Shown here piece after piece: positions 24,955 through 35,552 of a stretch of DNA of 54,143 nucleotides. Under the pieces are notes generated by a model. The model saw nothing but the letters and a program-made list of their open reading frames with translations, had not been told where the DNA came from and ran no database searches. Within the stretch, counting starts at the first letter, position 1. Each line of letters begins with the position of its first letter. The position numbers and the translations under genes are program-made. Source of the DNA: a virus (Duplodnaviria > Caudoviricetes); IMG/VR virus record IMGVR_UViG_3300006750_000012, positions 1 through 54,143 of that record; one strand, given 5' to 3'.

Positions 24955-24983
24955 TTGAAATTTAAGCAAAATATTGCTATAAT
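24955..24983 (+). promoter_or_regulatory. sigma70 promoter of the replication module
   Basis: TTGAAA-17-TATAAT. Confidence 0.85.
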
Positions 24984-25032
24984 ATTATTAATGCTGGTAA
25001 AACAGCTACAGATTTGACAGAGGAAAATTTAT

Positions 25033-25401
25033 ATGGCAGAAAAGAATGCTTGGACAGATGAGCTAAAAGCTGAGGTCATTGAGGAATATCAGTCCCGTGA
25101 ACCTACGCCCGAGAATAGTACGGAGATTGTCGGTGAACTAGCCGAAGAGTACAATCAAAAACCTAATGGTGTTCGTATGATTCTGGTTAAAGCCGGTGTC
25201 TATATTAAGAAGGATCCTGAAAAGAGTTCTTCAAAAACCAGTACTGGTGGAAGTAAACGCGTTAATAAAGCGGAAGCTATTGATGGTCTTAAGTCTGCAA
25301 TTGAAGATGCGGGCCAAGAAGTGGACGAAGATATTGTGTCTCGCCTTACAGGTAAGGCTGCCGTTTATTTCACTGGGGTTATTACTGCCGTAAATGGCTA
25401 G
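25033..25401 (+). CDS. D3: T5 D3-like DNA-binding protein
   Basis: WTDELK..NGVRMILVKAGVYIKK..RVNKAEA..LTGKAA.YF; synteny. Confidence 0.8.
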   Translation: MAEKNAWTDELKAEVIEEYQSREPTPENSTEIVGELAEEYNQKPNGVRMILVKAGVYIKKDPEKSSSKTSTGGSKRVNKAEAIDGLKSAIEDAGQEVDEDIVSRLTGKAAVYFTGVITAVNG

Positions 25402-26020
25402 AATTAAGAAACAAGAGCACGAGAAGTTAGATGATACAAATATTCGTCGTATTATCTCTCTTCTCGAGCCCGAAGAAGGTAGGCCCATTACAAAGAAAGC
25501 CGCCTGTGAAATGCTACGCATCAATTATAGCACCAAAAGATTAGGTAATATTATTGATGACTATAAGGAGCGAAGAGCTTTTGAAGTAAAACGTAGAAAA
25601 GCCTTAAGAGGTAAACCTATTAAGGACGCAGAAGGCAAGTATATAATCTTAGAGTATTTAAAGGGAGACTCTATTTCTTCTCTCTCTAAATCAACCTATA
25701 GAAGTGTTCTATCCGTTAAAAAGTATTTGATAGATAATCAAGTGCCTTTACACGGTGAAAAGACTGACTATTTTAATCCTGTAATGGTTCCAGATGAAAA
25801 CTTAAAAGAAGAATATGAATCTGGAGAGTATGCTTGGTCTGTACAATATAATTGTTTAGTACAAGTTAAAAAATTAATTCAAGTACATAAAGATTTCGGA
25901 AATATATACAATGTATGGGTTTTCGGAAACCATGATCAATGGGCATCTTTAGCTTGGGCTTACATGGCAGATTTACCTGTTCTTAAAAAATTCAACATTA
26001 AAGAAAACGAATTAGCATAA
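25394..26020 (+). CDS. T5-like conserved HTH-containing protein
   Basis: ITKKAACEMLRINYSTKRL; synteny. Confidence 0.7.
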   Translation: MARIKKQEHEKLDDTNIRRIISLLEPEEGRPITKKAACEMLRINYSTKRLGNIIDDYKERRAFEVKRRKALRGKPIKDAEGKYIILEYLKGDSISSLSKSTYRSVLSVKKYLIDNQVPLHGEKTDYFNPVMVPDENLKEEYESGEYAWSVQYNCLVQVKKLIQVHKDFGNIYNVWVFGNHDQWASLAWAYMADLPVLKKFNIKENELA

Positions 26021-26395
26021 ATGGCAAAAAACAAACTAAAATCAAGTGATTCCAAGAAAAACTATTGGAAGAGATATTCAACTAAATACGAAGATCATCG
26101 TATTAAAAGGTTAGAACGACACATTGCAAAACATCCTGAAGATGCACAAGCAATCGAAAGACTAGATAATCCAAGATTTCCTTACAGACGAAATGTTAAA
26201 GGTGTGTTTAAAACACCAAGAATAAATAAGGAAAAAGCGGCTAATAGAGAAGATATGAAATTGAGAGAATTGAAGTCTCGTCCTCGTTCTCCTTTTCCCG
26301 CATGGAAACAAATTCTTCGTGAGTTACGTGACTCTATGAGACCTAAAGTGAGGCATAAGAAACGTCGTGGCACAAAACTACATAAAACTAGCTAA
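26021..26395 (+). CDS. T5-like basic hypothetical protein
   Basis: RLERHIAKHPEDAQA; precedes the ligase. Confidence 0.65.
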   Translation: MAKNKLKSSDSKKNYWKRYSTKYEDHRIKRLERHIAKHPEDAQAIERLDNPRFPYRRNVKGVFKTPRINKEKAANREDMKLRELKSRPRSPFPAWKQILRELRDSMRPKVRHKKRRGTKLHKTS

Positions 26396-27326
26396 AGAAG
26401 CATATTACGAAGGTAAACCCTTTATTTCAGATTCCCAATATGATGCTCTAGTAGACTTATATGGAGAAGATTCTGTAGGTAGTCAAGTAGGAGCAGATAT
26501 TCCTCACTATCGTAAGATGTACAGTTTAGATAAGGTGTATGAGGGAGAATATAACGGTGATACTCCTGTGGACAATCCAGATGACTGGATCGTTACACAT
26601 AAGTTAGATGGAGCAGCTATTTCTATCCTATATATAGGCAGAGTAATGGCGCAAGTATTAACTAGAGGAGACGGAACCAGAGGAATAGATATTTCTGATT
26701 TATTCCGACATACTGATTTAATTCCTCAAGTATTACCCCCTAACTGTCCAGGTATTGTTCAAATTAATGCCGAGGTAGCTACAGTCAAAACTACCCCTAA
26801 TGCTAGAAATTATGCTTCAGGGGCTTTAGGGCTTAAAAGTAAGGATGAGTTTCTAAAAAGAGACTTAAAAGTATTTGCATATAATCAATATCCACATGCT
26901 CCTACGCACAAAGAAGATTTATATGGGTTATATCATCACGGTTTCACGTATGTTCCATTAGCTTTAGATATTGCAACTGAAGAATTTGAGTATCCAACTG
27001 ATGGATATGTATGGAGGATTAATGATAATCAATTATACAAAACTATGGGATTTACCAGTCATCACCCACGAGGTGCAATTGCTGTTAAAGAACGTTCTGA
27101 GGGCGTTAAAACGACCCTTCTCGACGTCAAGTGGCAAACAGGAAAATCCGGTAAAGTCACGCCGGTTGCTATTCTCAGTCCGGTTAATATTAACGACGCC
27201 ATCGTCTCAAGAGCCACGTTAAATAACGTAGGATTTATTGAGGCCCTCGGACTCGAAATAGGCGACGCGGTAATGGTAGAGCGTGCTGGAGATATTATCC
27301 CTAGGATTATTAAGAAAGCCGAATAA
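26367..27326 (+). CDS. ligA: NAD-dependent DNA ligase subunit A (adenylation + OB)
   Basis: MYSLDK, HKLDG, TRGDG, NARNYASG, SRATLNN, RAGDIIP. Confidence 0.93.
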   Translation: MAQNYIKLAKEAYYEGKPFISDSQYDALVDLYGEDSVGSQVGADIPHYRKMYSLDKVYEGEYNGDTPVDNPDDWIVTHKLDGAAISILYIGRVMAQVLTRGDGTRGIDISDLFRHTDLIPQVLPPNCPGIVQINAEVATVKTTPNARNYASGALGLKSKDEFLKRDLKVFAYNQYPHAPTHKEDLYGLYHHGFTYVPLALDIATEEFEYPTDGYVWRINDNQLYKTMGFTSHHPRGAIAVKERSEGVKTTLLDVKWQTGKSGKVTPVAILSPVNINDAIVSRATLNNVGFIEALGLEIGDAVMVERAGDIIPRIIKKAE

Positions 27327-27361
27327 GTAATAAAAAAGCTAACAGAAACAAAAAATAAATC

Positions 27362-27390
27362 TTGACATTTCAGTAAAAATGTGAGATAAT
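27362..27390 (+). promoter_or_regulatory. sigma70 promoter between the ligase subunits
   Basis: TTGACA-17-GATAAT. Confidence 0.8.
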
Positions 27391-27397
27391 ATATAAA

Positions 27398-28141
27398 ATG
27401 AAAATAGAAATTCCAACAACTTGCCCTTCTTGCGGCGCAGCATTAGAACTTGTCAATGCACAGCTCTTTTGCCGGAATAAATCTTGTAAAGCACAATCTT
27501 TTAAGAAGATTGAGACCTTTGCAAAAAATATGAAAATAAAAGGCTTAGGTCCAAGGACTATAGAAAAATTAGAACTTGAAACCATTCCTGATATTTACAT
27601 ATTAACAGAATCTTGTTTGGTGGAAAGACTAGGCGAAAAAATAGGTAAAAAATTACATGGTGAAATTAATAAGTCTAAAATATGTGAATTTTCAACCTTT
27701 TTAAGCGCACTCAGTATTCCGCTGATAGGTAAAACAGCAAGTAAAAAAATTGCTGAAGCAGGTTTTAATTCTATAATAGATTTATGGGATTATAGTCATC
27801 ATGATATACTTGGTCCAGTAGCTAGTTCAAACCTAGCGGATTGGGTAAATGACTTTGGTCCAGAATATTATGATCTACCATTAGAGTTTATCAAACCTAA
27901 ACCTGCAACAACTAAACGATTAGGAAAAGTATGTATAACTGGGAAGTTAAACGATTTCCGAAATCGAACTGAAGCATCCAAATTTCTAGAAGAGATAGGA
28001 TATACAGTAACAACGACAGTAAGTAAACAGACTGACTTTCTAGTTTGCGAAGATGGTTCTTCATCTAGTAAAACGAAGAAAGCGAAACAGTTAAATATAC
28101 AAATAGTATTAATTAAACAACTAGAGGAAATTGCTAAATGA
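27398..28141 (+). CDS. ligB: NAD-dependent DNA ligase subunit B (Zn finger, HhH, BRCT)
   Basis: CPSCG..C..C, IKGLG, VCITGKL, SSKTKKA. Confidence 0.92.
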   Translation: MKIEIPTTCPSCGAALELVNAQLFCRNKSCKAQSFKKIETFAKNMKIKGLGPRTIEKLELETIPDIYILTESCLVERLGEKIGKKLHGEINKSKICEFSTFLSALSIPLIGKTASKKIAEAGFNSIIDLWDYSHHDILGPVASSNLADWVNDFGPEYYDLPLEFIKPKPATTKRLGKVCITGKLNDFRNRTEASKFLEEIGYTVTTTVSKQTDFLVCEDGSSSSKTKKAKQLNIQIVLIKQLEEIAK

Positions 28142-28839
28142 GTAATTGGAATGAAGAGAGAGAAGCAACTCTCCGTAATATAGTAGGTGAAGGTCCCGTT
28201 TCACGTGAGACAGTTAGCCTAGCTGCAGAGGAGTTAGAAGTTTCTGATCGCTCTGTGGGTGCTAAGCTGCGTAAGCTTGGTTATGAAGTAGAAAAGGCTG
28301 GTGCTCGTCCTAAGACGTTCACAGATGAGCAGGAAGAAGCTCTACGTGCCTTTGTTGAAGGTAATGCCGGTGCGTTTACGTATGCCGAGATTGCCGAACA
28401 GTTCCCGGGTGACTTTACACCTCGTCAGATTCAGGGTAAAATCCTGAGCATGGAACTTCATGAAGCAGTTGCTTCTGCTCCCGTCAAAGAAAGTGTTAAA
28501 AAGTACACTGACGAAGAAGAGGCAACGATTGCTAAGCTGGCTGATGCGGGTGCATATCTTGAGGATATCGCTGAGGCAGTTAATAAGCCTTTGAACTCGG
28601 TTCGCGGTAAGTGTCTGTCGATGCTTCGCAACGAAACAATCGCTAAGATCCCTACGCAGCGCGATGTTGTTTCTACTACAAAAGTAGACATCTTCGAGGG
28701 CGTAGATACAACTCAGTTCACAGTTGTACAGCTGGCAGAGAAGTTTGAGAAGACGGAGCGTGGCATTAAAGTTATGCTAACAAACCGTGGAATCGACGCT
28801 TCTGACTACACGCACAAAAAGAAAAAAGCTGCTGCTTAA
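28138..28839 (+). CDS. D5: T5 D5-like transcription regulator
   Basis: RSVGAKLRKLGY, IQGKILSMEL, NSVRGKCLS; synteny. Confidence 0.85.
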   Translation: MSNWNEEREATLRNIVGEGPVSRETVSLAAEELEVSDRSVGAKLRKLGYEVEKAGARPKTFTDEQEEALRAFVEGNAGAFTYAEIAEQFPGDFTPRQIQGKILSMELHEAVASAPVKESVKKYTDEEEATIAKLADAGAYLEDIAEAVNKPLNSVRGKCLSMLRNETIAKIPTQRDVVSTTKVDIFEGVDTTQFTVVQLAEKFEKTERGIKVMLTNRGIDASDYTHKKKKAAA

Positions 28840-28865
28840 TTTCTTCCTGCTAAGAAGTTAAGACC

Positions 28866-28897
28866 GACGGGGGATTTTTTGATCCCCCGTCTTTTTT
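28866..28897 (+). terminator. Rho-independent terminator
   Basis: GACGGGGGA/TCCCCCGTC followed by T6. Confidence 0.85.
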
Positions 28898-28953
28898 CGC
28901 CTTTAAAAAGGGTCAAATAATTTCAATTAAAAAGCCAATAATACGAGGAAACA

Positions 28954-30315
28954 ATGAACCTGATTTTGCATCGAATCATAGATTCGCAGGATCTCGGTGC
29001 TTGGTCAAGAATCAAAAGACAGTTTTTCGCCGCTCCATATGATAGAGTTTACGATCTAATAAATAAATTCTATCAGAGTTACACTAAGTTACCTACGTTC
29101 GCCGAGCTAGAAATTATTACTAGAAACGAACGTGACTTAAATATAGTTAAAGCTATGGAACTAGTTGAAGTTCCAGAAGATTTAGAAACAGAAGTATTAC
29201 TACGAGCTTTAATAAATGAGTATGCGCAGACCGAAGTATTAGGTGAAGTAGATTCCTTCATTGACGATCTTCCCTTTAAAGAAGCAGCAGATATAGTAGA
29301 AGATATTAATCGTATAGCGATTAATATTGAAGAAAAAACAGAAGTTTCAGAACAGATTGTTCTTATGAATGAGTATTTAACTATTGATGAGAATGAACTT
29401 CTAACTCGTATGCCATTAGGTATTAATAACGAGTTCGACCAGCATAGTATGGGTATGGCCCTATCAGAAATGATTATGTTTGGTGGTTACCGTGGAACTG
29501 GTAAATCTATTATTTCTTCAAATATTGCCTGCAATCAGTTCAACCAAGGAAATACTTCTTTATACTTTAGTATTGAAATGAGAGGTCGCGAGATATTTCA
29601 ACGTAATCTTTCAATTCTTACGGGAGTTAGTGCACGAAGTATTAAATCCGGAAAGTTAGACGCCCAGGAAAGACTTAAAATTGCCGAGGCTCGCGCCAGC
29701 TTCACAAAAGATGGTGCATACGATCTATTACAAGCGTATATGCAAGACCAAGATTTTGATAAATTTGAAAAGCTTGTAATGGATAAACCTTTAGACGATC
29801 AAAGACAGTTAATCACAGTGGATAATCCCAGATTAACTCTGGCTAATATAGATGCCACAATTTCGACTTACAAAGCTAAGTTTCCAGATACATTAAAAGT
29901 AGTTATCGTAGATTACTTAAACAAGATTACTGAAAGAGATAGTAATCGTTGGGATGTGCAAATTGCCATTTCCCAAAGACTAAAAGAACTAGCCAGAAAA
30001 TACGAAGTTATCATGGTTACTCCATATCAAACACATAAAGATACCGGGGAGGCCAGATTTTCTAAAGGTATTCTGGACTCTGCCGACTGGGCATTTTCTC
30101 TAGCTCCGCATAAAATAAAAGATGGTGGCGAGTTAGACGCAATAGAGTTCATCTGCCAAAAAGCTAGAGGAGAGAGTGAATTTAACTTTAACTCCCATAT
30201 TGAGTGGAATTCTTTAAAGATTTTTGCAACCGAAAACCCAATAATTAACAAGTCGCCAATCAAGGGCGCAAAGCATGAAATAACACAACCAGAAAAGTCT
30301 AAGGATGATCTATGA
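28954..30315 (+). CDS. DnaB-like replicative helicase (T5 D6-like)
   Basis: GGYRGTGKS, YFSIEM, IVDYLN, ARFSKGILD. Confidence 0.9.
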   Translation: MNLILHRIIDSQDLGAWSRIKRQFFAAPYDRVYDLINKFYQSYTKLPTFAELEIITRNERDLNIVKAMELVEVPEDLETEVLLRALINEYAQTEVLGEVDSFIDDLPFKEAADIVEDINRIAINIEEKTEVSEQIVLMNEYLTIDENELLTRMPLGINNEFDQHSMGMALSEMIMFGGYRGTGKSIISSNIACNQFNQGNTSLYFSIEMRGREIFQRNLSILTGVSARSIKSGKLDAQERLKIAEARASFTKDGAYDLLQAYMQDQDFDKFEKLVMDKPLDDQRQLITVDNPRLTLANIDATISTYKAKFPDTLKVVIVDYLNKITERDSNRWDVQIAISQRLKELARKYEVIMVTPYQTHKDTGEARFSKGILDSADWAFSLAPHKIKDGGELDAIEFICQKARGESEFNFNSHIEWNSLKIFATENPIINKSPIKGAKHEITQPEKSKDDL

Positions 30316-31181
30316 ACGTAGAAGATTTATTGACTGAGGAAACTATAAAGTATTATTCTCAGGGACAAGATTACGTAATTAGATGCCTTTCTCCTGATCA
30401 TGAAGATAAGCACCCAAGCCTACGTATAGATAGAGTTTCCGGGGTGTTTAACTGTTTATCCTGTGGATTTAAAGGTAATATCTTTACCCATTTCGGTAAA
30501 AAAGTAAGTATACTAGATACGAAATCAGCAGGTATTAAGAAGAAGATTCAGAAGATCAGAGCTAATATGAACTTAGAGATGCCTCAGGATGCGAGAGATT
30601 TTGAACATGAATATCGTAGTATTAAACAGGAAACTTTATTAAAATATGAAGCATTTAATAGTGATCAACTAGAAGATTTTGAAGATAGAATTATATTTCC
30701 TATTCGTAATTTATATGGAAGTATTAAAGCTTTCTGTGGACGTAGAACATTCTCTGATGCAGATCCTAAATATAGATTTTATCCTAAGAATGCGGCAGTT
30801 CCCTTATTCCCAGCAAGACCCGATAAAATAATTAACAACTCTGTTATATTAGTAGAGGGTATATTTGATGTATTAAACCTCATTGATAAGGGACTACCAA
30901 ATGCTTTATGTGCGTTCGGTACTAATAAGTTACAAAAACAAGAGAACTTTCAGAAGATTGAATATTATGAAATTCTGGGGGTAGATAAAATATACATTAT
31001 GTTTGATGGCGACGAAGCTGGAAGAATTGCCACAGGCAAAACAGAGGCGGCATTAAAGAAACATTACGCCATAGAAACAATAGAATTACCAGAGGGTAGA
31101 GACCCTGGAAGTCTTGATAAAGACGAAATAGAATATATTAAGGAAAGCTTGTATGGAAGTAGCAGTAATAGAAAAGAATAA
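30312..31181 (+). CDS. DNA primase
   Basis: CHC2 zinc finger; TOPRIM LVEGIFD, FDGDEAG, DPG. Confidence 0.92.
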   Translation: MNVEDLLTEETIKYYSQGQDYVIRCLSPDHEDKHPSLRIDRVSGVFNCLSCGFKGNIFTHFGKKVSILDTKSAGIKKKIQKIRANMNLEMPQDARDFEHEYRSIKQETLLKYEAFNSDQLEDFEDRIIFPIRNLYGSIKAFCGRRTFSDADPKYRFYPKNAAVPLFPARPDKIINNSVILVEGIFDVLNLIDKGLPNALCAFGTNKLQKQENFQKIEYYEILGVDKIYIMFDGDEAGRIATGKTEAALKKHYAIETIELPEGRDPGSLDKDEIEYIKESLYGSSSNRKE

Positions 31182-33372
31182 ATCAGCAGGTAGATTATAT
31201 AACGATCTATTTGACTTTCAGTATGATTTACATGCTCTTACAGGTAAAAAGACTGGTCGAGTATTAAAAGCCGATCTAGACTTAACTAAAGAAGATGTAG
31301 ATCATTATGACTATGTAATATGTGTAGGTGCTGAACCTGCTAAACATATTGCTAAAATTACAAATATAACTAAGTACTCAGGAGAATTAATTGATAATAA
31401 GTATATACCTCTTATTAACCCTGCTGCTATTCGTTTCCGTCCGGAACTAAGAGATACTTTTGATGTAGGACTCAAGAAACTAAAACAGCATATTGCAGGT
31501 ACATATGAAGAGGATTTGGGTATATATCACAGCATTACAACAACTAAAGATTTAAAAGATTTATTACATACAATTCTAGATGAGGCTGTCGAAGTAGCAA
31601 TAGATACAGAAACTACAGCTTTATATCCTAGAGATGGTTATGTTTTTGCTTTGGTTTTATCATATAAAGAAGGCGAAGGCTATGTAATTGATGCCGATGC
31701 TATTGATGATGTTTGTATTGCTTTACTACAAAATATTATTAATACTAAAAAGATTATCTTTCACCACGCTAAGTTCGATATTAAAATGTTACAGTATCAT
31801 TTCGGACTTAAATTTGGTGATTTTGACGATACTATGCTTGAACATTATATTCTTAATGAAAATGAAGCCCACGATTTGAAGTCTCTTATTATCAAGTATA
31901 CAAAGATGGGTGATTTTGATAGAGCATTAGATCAATTTAAACGTGAATATTGCCGTAAACATGGTATACTATTAAAAGATTTTATATATAGTTGGGTGCC
32001 GTGGGATACTATGGTAGAGTATGGTGGTGGAGATGGAGACGGCACTTTGCGCCTACACCATAAATTTAAACCAGTTGTAGAGAAACATTTCGATCAACTA
32101 TATAATACTATTATGATACCTGGAACTAAGTTCTTAATTGATATTGAAGAAACTGGCGTACCTTTTAGTAGAGAAAAACTCGAAGAAGCTAGAGTAGATA
32201 TGGATAACAGAATTTATACTCTACGTCAAGACTTCTATCAATTTGATGAAGTCAAGCAAGTAGAGAATAAATTAAATGTAGTATTTAATCCAAATTCTAC
32301 TACTCATCTTCGTAGTCTTTTCTTCGATATACTAGGTTTGAAATCTGTTAAAAAGACTCCTAAAGGTGAGCCTTCTACAGATAAGGAAGTATTAGCAATA
32401 TTAGCTGAGAAACATGATGCTGTTAAGTTAGTATCTGAACTGCGTGGATTAGTAAAAATGAAGTCTACGTATATAGATAAAGTGCTTGCGGGTCTTGATC
32501 GCGATAGTCGTTTAAGAACCGGCTTCCATTTACACACTGTTACTAGTGGTAGGCTAAGTAGTTCTGGTAAACTTAATATGCAGCAATTACCGCGCGATGA
32601 TAAAACGGTCAAAGGCTGTATCGTACCTATTGTGGACGGTGAGCCTAACGATGACTGGGTTATCTTTTCGCAGGACTTGGCAACTGCTGAGATGTATTAT
32701 GCGGCGGTGTTAAGTGGTGATAAGAATCTTATGGATGTATTTCGTAGTGGCGGAGACTTCCACAGTAGTATTGCACAGAAAGTTTTTAAACTTGGGTGCG
32801 ATGTGGGAGAAATTGCCGATAAGTATCGTGGACTACGTCAGGCTAGCAAAGCTATTAGCTTTGGTATTTTATATGGTGCCGGTCCGCACAAAGTTGCGAC
32901 AACGGCGAACATTACTATGATTGAGGCTAAGGAGGCCATTGATGATTATTTTGGAACATTTCCGCAGCTCAAAAGATGGATCGACACGTGTACTCATGAA
33001 ATCGCAACCAAAGGATGTACCTATTCTCATTTTGGGCGCAAAAGACGGGTCCAAAACGTATTTTCAGCAGCAGACGATGAAGTGGGGCACGCTATACGTT
33101 CCGCTTTTAATTTTAAAGTCCAGTCCGTTGCATCTGACGTCAACTTATTAGGAGCAATTGATAACCATGACTGGATCAAACAAAATAACTTCCCCGCTGA
33201 AATCTTCGGACTTGTTCATGACTCCATTTTGGGACAGGTTAAAAAAGATGCACTTGAGGAATTTCAAGAAAGATTGGGACGAGATGTTCAACGGGATAGG
33301 GGGTGTTCAATCCCTGGATTCCCAATCGGGGTCGACTTCGGATCAGGAGAAAGCTATGCCAAAGCAGGTTAA
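31153..33372 (+). CDS. Family A DNA polymerase (T5-like) with 3'-5' exonuclease
   Basis: DTETT, SGRLSS, QDLATAE, RQASKAISFGILYG, LVHDSI. Confidence 0.96.
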   Translation: MEVAVIEKNKSAGRLYNDLFDFQYDLHALTGKKTGRVLKADLDLTKEDVDHYDYVICVGAEPAKHIAKITNITKYSGELIDNKYIPLINPAAIRFRPELRDTFDVGLKKLKQHIAGTYEEDLGIYHSITTTKDLKDLLHTILDEAVEVAIDTETTALYPRDGYVFALVLSYKEGEGYVIDADAIDDVCIALLQNIINTKKIIFHHAKFDIKMLQYHFGLKFGDFDDTMLEHYILNENEAHDLKSLIIKYTKMGDFDRALDQFKREYCRKHGILLKDFIYSWVPWDTMVEYGGGDGDGTLRLHHKFKPVVEKHFDQLYNTIMIPGTKFLIDIEETGVPFSREKLEEARVDMDNRIYTLRQDFYQFDEVKQVENKLNVVFNPNSTTHLRSLFFDILGLKSVKKTPKGEPSTDKEVLAILAEKHDAVKLVSELRGLVKMKSTYIDKVLAGLDRDSRLRTGFHLHTVTSGRLSSSGKLNMQQLPRDDKTVKGCIVPIVDGEPNDDWVIFSQDLATAEMYYAAVLSGDKNLMDVFRSGGDFHSSIAQKVFKLGCDVGEIADKYRGLRQASKAISFGILYGAGPHKVATTANITMIEAKEAIDDYFGTFPQLKRWIDTCTHEIATKGCTYSHFGRKRRVQNVFSAADDEVGHAIRSAFNFKVQSVASDVNLLGAIDNHDWIKQNNFPAEIFGLVHDSILGQVKKDALEEFQERLGRDVQRDRGCSIPGFPIGVDFGSGESYAKAG

Positions 33373-33733
33373 AGATTGGGAAATAAAAATTGATGCCGAT
33401 GCTATTGATAAGTATGTAGTATCTCGTAGTTTTAATACAAAAGATAAGGTAAGAAAAAACAAGGTTGATTTATCCGACTTAGAGCAGATGGAACTTGATT
33501 CAATGTATCCGAGTGAAGATGATCCAATTAATCCTGACTATTATAAGGTTGGTGGCATTGAGTCTATTGATGTTATTGAGGCTAAGTTAACCCCCGAAGA
33601 GTTTCGTGGATTCCTTAAAGGTACTGCTCTTAAGTACCAGCTAAGAGGTAATTGGAAAGAGAACGGACGCCAAGACTATGAAAAAGCACAATGGTATATA
33701 GATAGGCTCCTAAATGCCGACACCAAGTTATAA
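33356..33733 (+). CDS. DUF3310 (SaV-like) protein
   Basis: INPDYY..GGIESIDVI..GFLKG.ALKY..R..K.NG.QD.EKA.WY. Confidence 0.8.
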   Translation: MPKQVKDWEIKIDADAIDKYVVSRSFNTKDKVRKNKVDLSDLEQMELDSMYPSEDDPINPDYYKVGGIESIDVIEAKLTPEEFRGFLKGTALKYQLRGNWKENGRQDYEKAQWYIDRLLNADTKL

Positions 33734-34223
33734 TTTCCCAATGTGGCGACTTCCGCGCCATAATAATATAGAAGAAAAGCTGGGAAAGGTTATAATTAAA
33801 ACTCAGCACGGTAAGTACTTACTTGATGACCATTATTATAAAGGTAACTTATCGCAACGCAGAATTAAAATGCGATCCGTAGCCATGGGTAAAACTTACC
33901 CTTTAAAACATAAAGTAGATACCCTACGTCAGTTAGTAAAACACAAAACTGGCACAAAGTTTATAGATATTAATGGAAAGATTTTTAAGTATAAAAAATC
34001 TTCTAAAAAACAATATAGCATCACTTGTCTATCTATAATTAATTATCAATATATAAATGGACAAGTAGTATTTTGGGTACAAGGTATTAATGAGCCTTTT
34101 ACAACACCCCATAAATTTGATTGGGACTATCTTCCTTATGCTTCAATTATGAATACTGAGCACGGGCCTTTTTTATATGACTTGGTAACTGAATATCATG
34201 AACCTTATCGCCGCAAAATCTAA
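33714..34223 (+). CDS. T5-like conserved hypothetical protein
   Basis: Synteny between pol and D10; FIDINGKIFKY. Confidence 0.7.
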   Translation: MPTPSYNFPMWRLPRHNNIEEKLGKVIIKTQHGKYLLDDHYYKGNLSQRRIKMRSVAMGKTYPLKHKVDTLRQLVKHKTGTKFIDINGKIFKYKKSSKKQYSITCLSIINYQYINGQVVFWVQGINEPFTTPHKFDWDYLPYASIMNTEHGPFLYDLVTEYHEPYRRKI

Positions 34224-35508
34224 AGCAGTTTTAAGTAACAGAATCTATCTTCACGCGGATGCTTCACTCCGGGTCAAACTCCGAGAAGAGCTTTCCTATA
34301 AAATTCCGAGTAAAATTTTTGGTAATCCGCCAGATACCAAGTGTACTCTGAGAAATTGCGAAAATGATATTGTAAGTATTCCAATAGGCAGACTTGATCT
34401 CATTCCAAAAGATTACACAGTAGTAGATAAAAGAATATCTATTCCTACTGAATTTCCCGAATTTAAATTTACCCTTCGAGAATCACAACAAGAAGTATAT
34501 GAAGCGATTGAAGATTGCGCTTTGATAAATGCGAATGCCTCGTGGGGCAAAACCTTTACTGCGATAGCAATTTCAAAAAAATTTTCCCAGAAAACACTTA
34601 TTATCGTTCATAATTTGTTTTTGAAAGATCAATGGGTCGAGGAAATTCAAAAAACTTTAGGCATCACACCGGGAATTATATCAGGCGGAAAAATCAATCA
34701 TGATTCACCTATCACTATAGCCAATATTCAAACTTTACGTAAGTATGCATTAGCACTACGCAAAGAGTTTGGACTTATAATAGTTGATGAGGTTCATAAG
34801 GCCCCCGCTAAAGAATTTGAGCATACATTAGATACATTTAAAGCTAGGTATAAAATAGGTCTGAGTGCCACTCTAAGAAGAAGAGATCATTTACATGTAG
34901 TATTGCCCGACTATTTTGGTCCAGTAGTCTACAGACCGAAGAAAGAAAACCAAATGGAACCTGAAGTATTAATGGTGAATACCGGGATTACTTTAAATTC
35001 CAATATGATGATTCCTTGGGCAACAAAAATAAATGAGTTAGTAAATAATCCAGCCTTTTTAGAGCTAGTCTCGGACCTATCTTTTTCTTATTCCGAAGCA
35101 GGTTACAAGGTTCTAACATTGTCAGATAGAACAGAGTTTCTAGAAAGACTGTATGATAGACACCCAGATATGAGCATGCTAGTAATTGGCACAACAAAAA
35201 ATCGTAAAGAACTACGAGATTTAATGGAAAAAGATAAAAACTTAAATATTTGCTATGGAGCGATTTCTATATTTAAAGAAGGTGTTTCTTGGAACTTTTT
35301 AAGTTGTTTACTTATAGCTACCGCCGTAAATAATGATCCCATGCTAGAACAGTTGATAGGGAGAGTGCAGAGAGTGTATCCTAATAAATTAAAGCCTGTC
35401 ATTGTTGACTTTATATTCAAGGGAGGCACAGGTAAAAGGCAAGCACAAGCTAGAGCAGCTTTTTATATGAGACAAGGGTTTTCTATTAAGTACGTGGAAC
35501 TAAACTAA
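34198..35508 (+). CDS. D10: SF2 helicase (T5 D10-like)
   Basis: WGKT, DEVH, GLSAT, QLIGRVQR. Confidence 0.9.
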   Translation: MNLIAAKSKAVLSNRIYLHADASLRVKLREELSYKIPSKIFGNPPDTKCTLRNCENDIVSIPIGRLDLIPKDYTVVDKRISIPTEFPEFKFTLRESQQEVYEAIEDCALINANASWGKTFTAIAISKKFSQKTLIIVHNLFLKDQWVEEIQKTLGITPGIISGGKINHDSPITIANIQTLRKYALALRKEFGLIIVDEVHKAPAKEFEHTLDTFKARYKIGLSATLRRRDHLHVVLPDYFGPVVYRPKKENQMEPEVLMVNTGITLNSNMMIPWATKINELVNNPAFLELVSDLSFSYSEAGYKVLTLSDRTEFLERLYDRHPDMSMLVIGTTKNRKELRDLMEKDKNLNICYGAISIFKEGVSWNFLSCLLIATAVNNDPMLEQLIGRVQRVYPNKLKPVIVDFIFKGGTGKRQAQARAAFYMRQGFSIKYVELN

Positions 35509-35517
35509 AAATAGTTC

Positions 35518-35546
35518 TTGACATTTTTCAAAAATTTTGTTATAAT
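35518..35546 (+). promoter_or_regulatory. sigma70 promoter
   Basis: TTGACA-17-TATAAT. Confidence 0.9.
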
Positions 35547-35552
35547 ATTATA

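Noticed and set aside
26367-28141. Split ligase as a frameshift or novelty
   Set aside because: A two-gene NAD ligase is the known T5 arrangement, and subunit B has its own promoter
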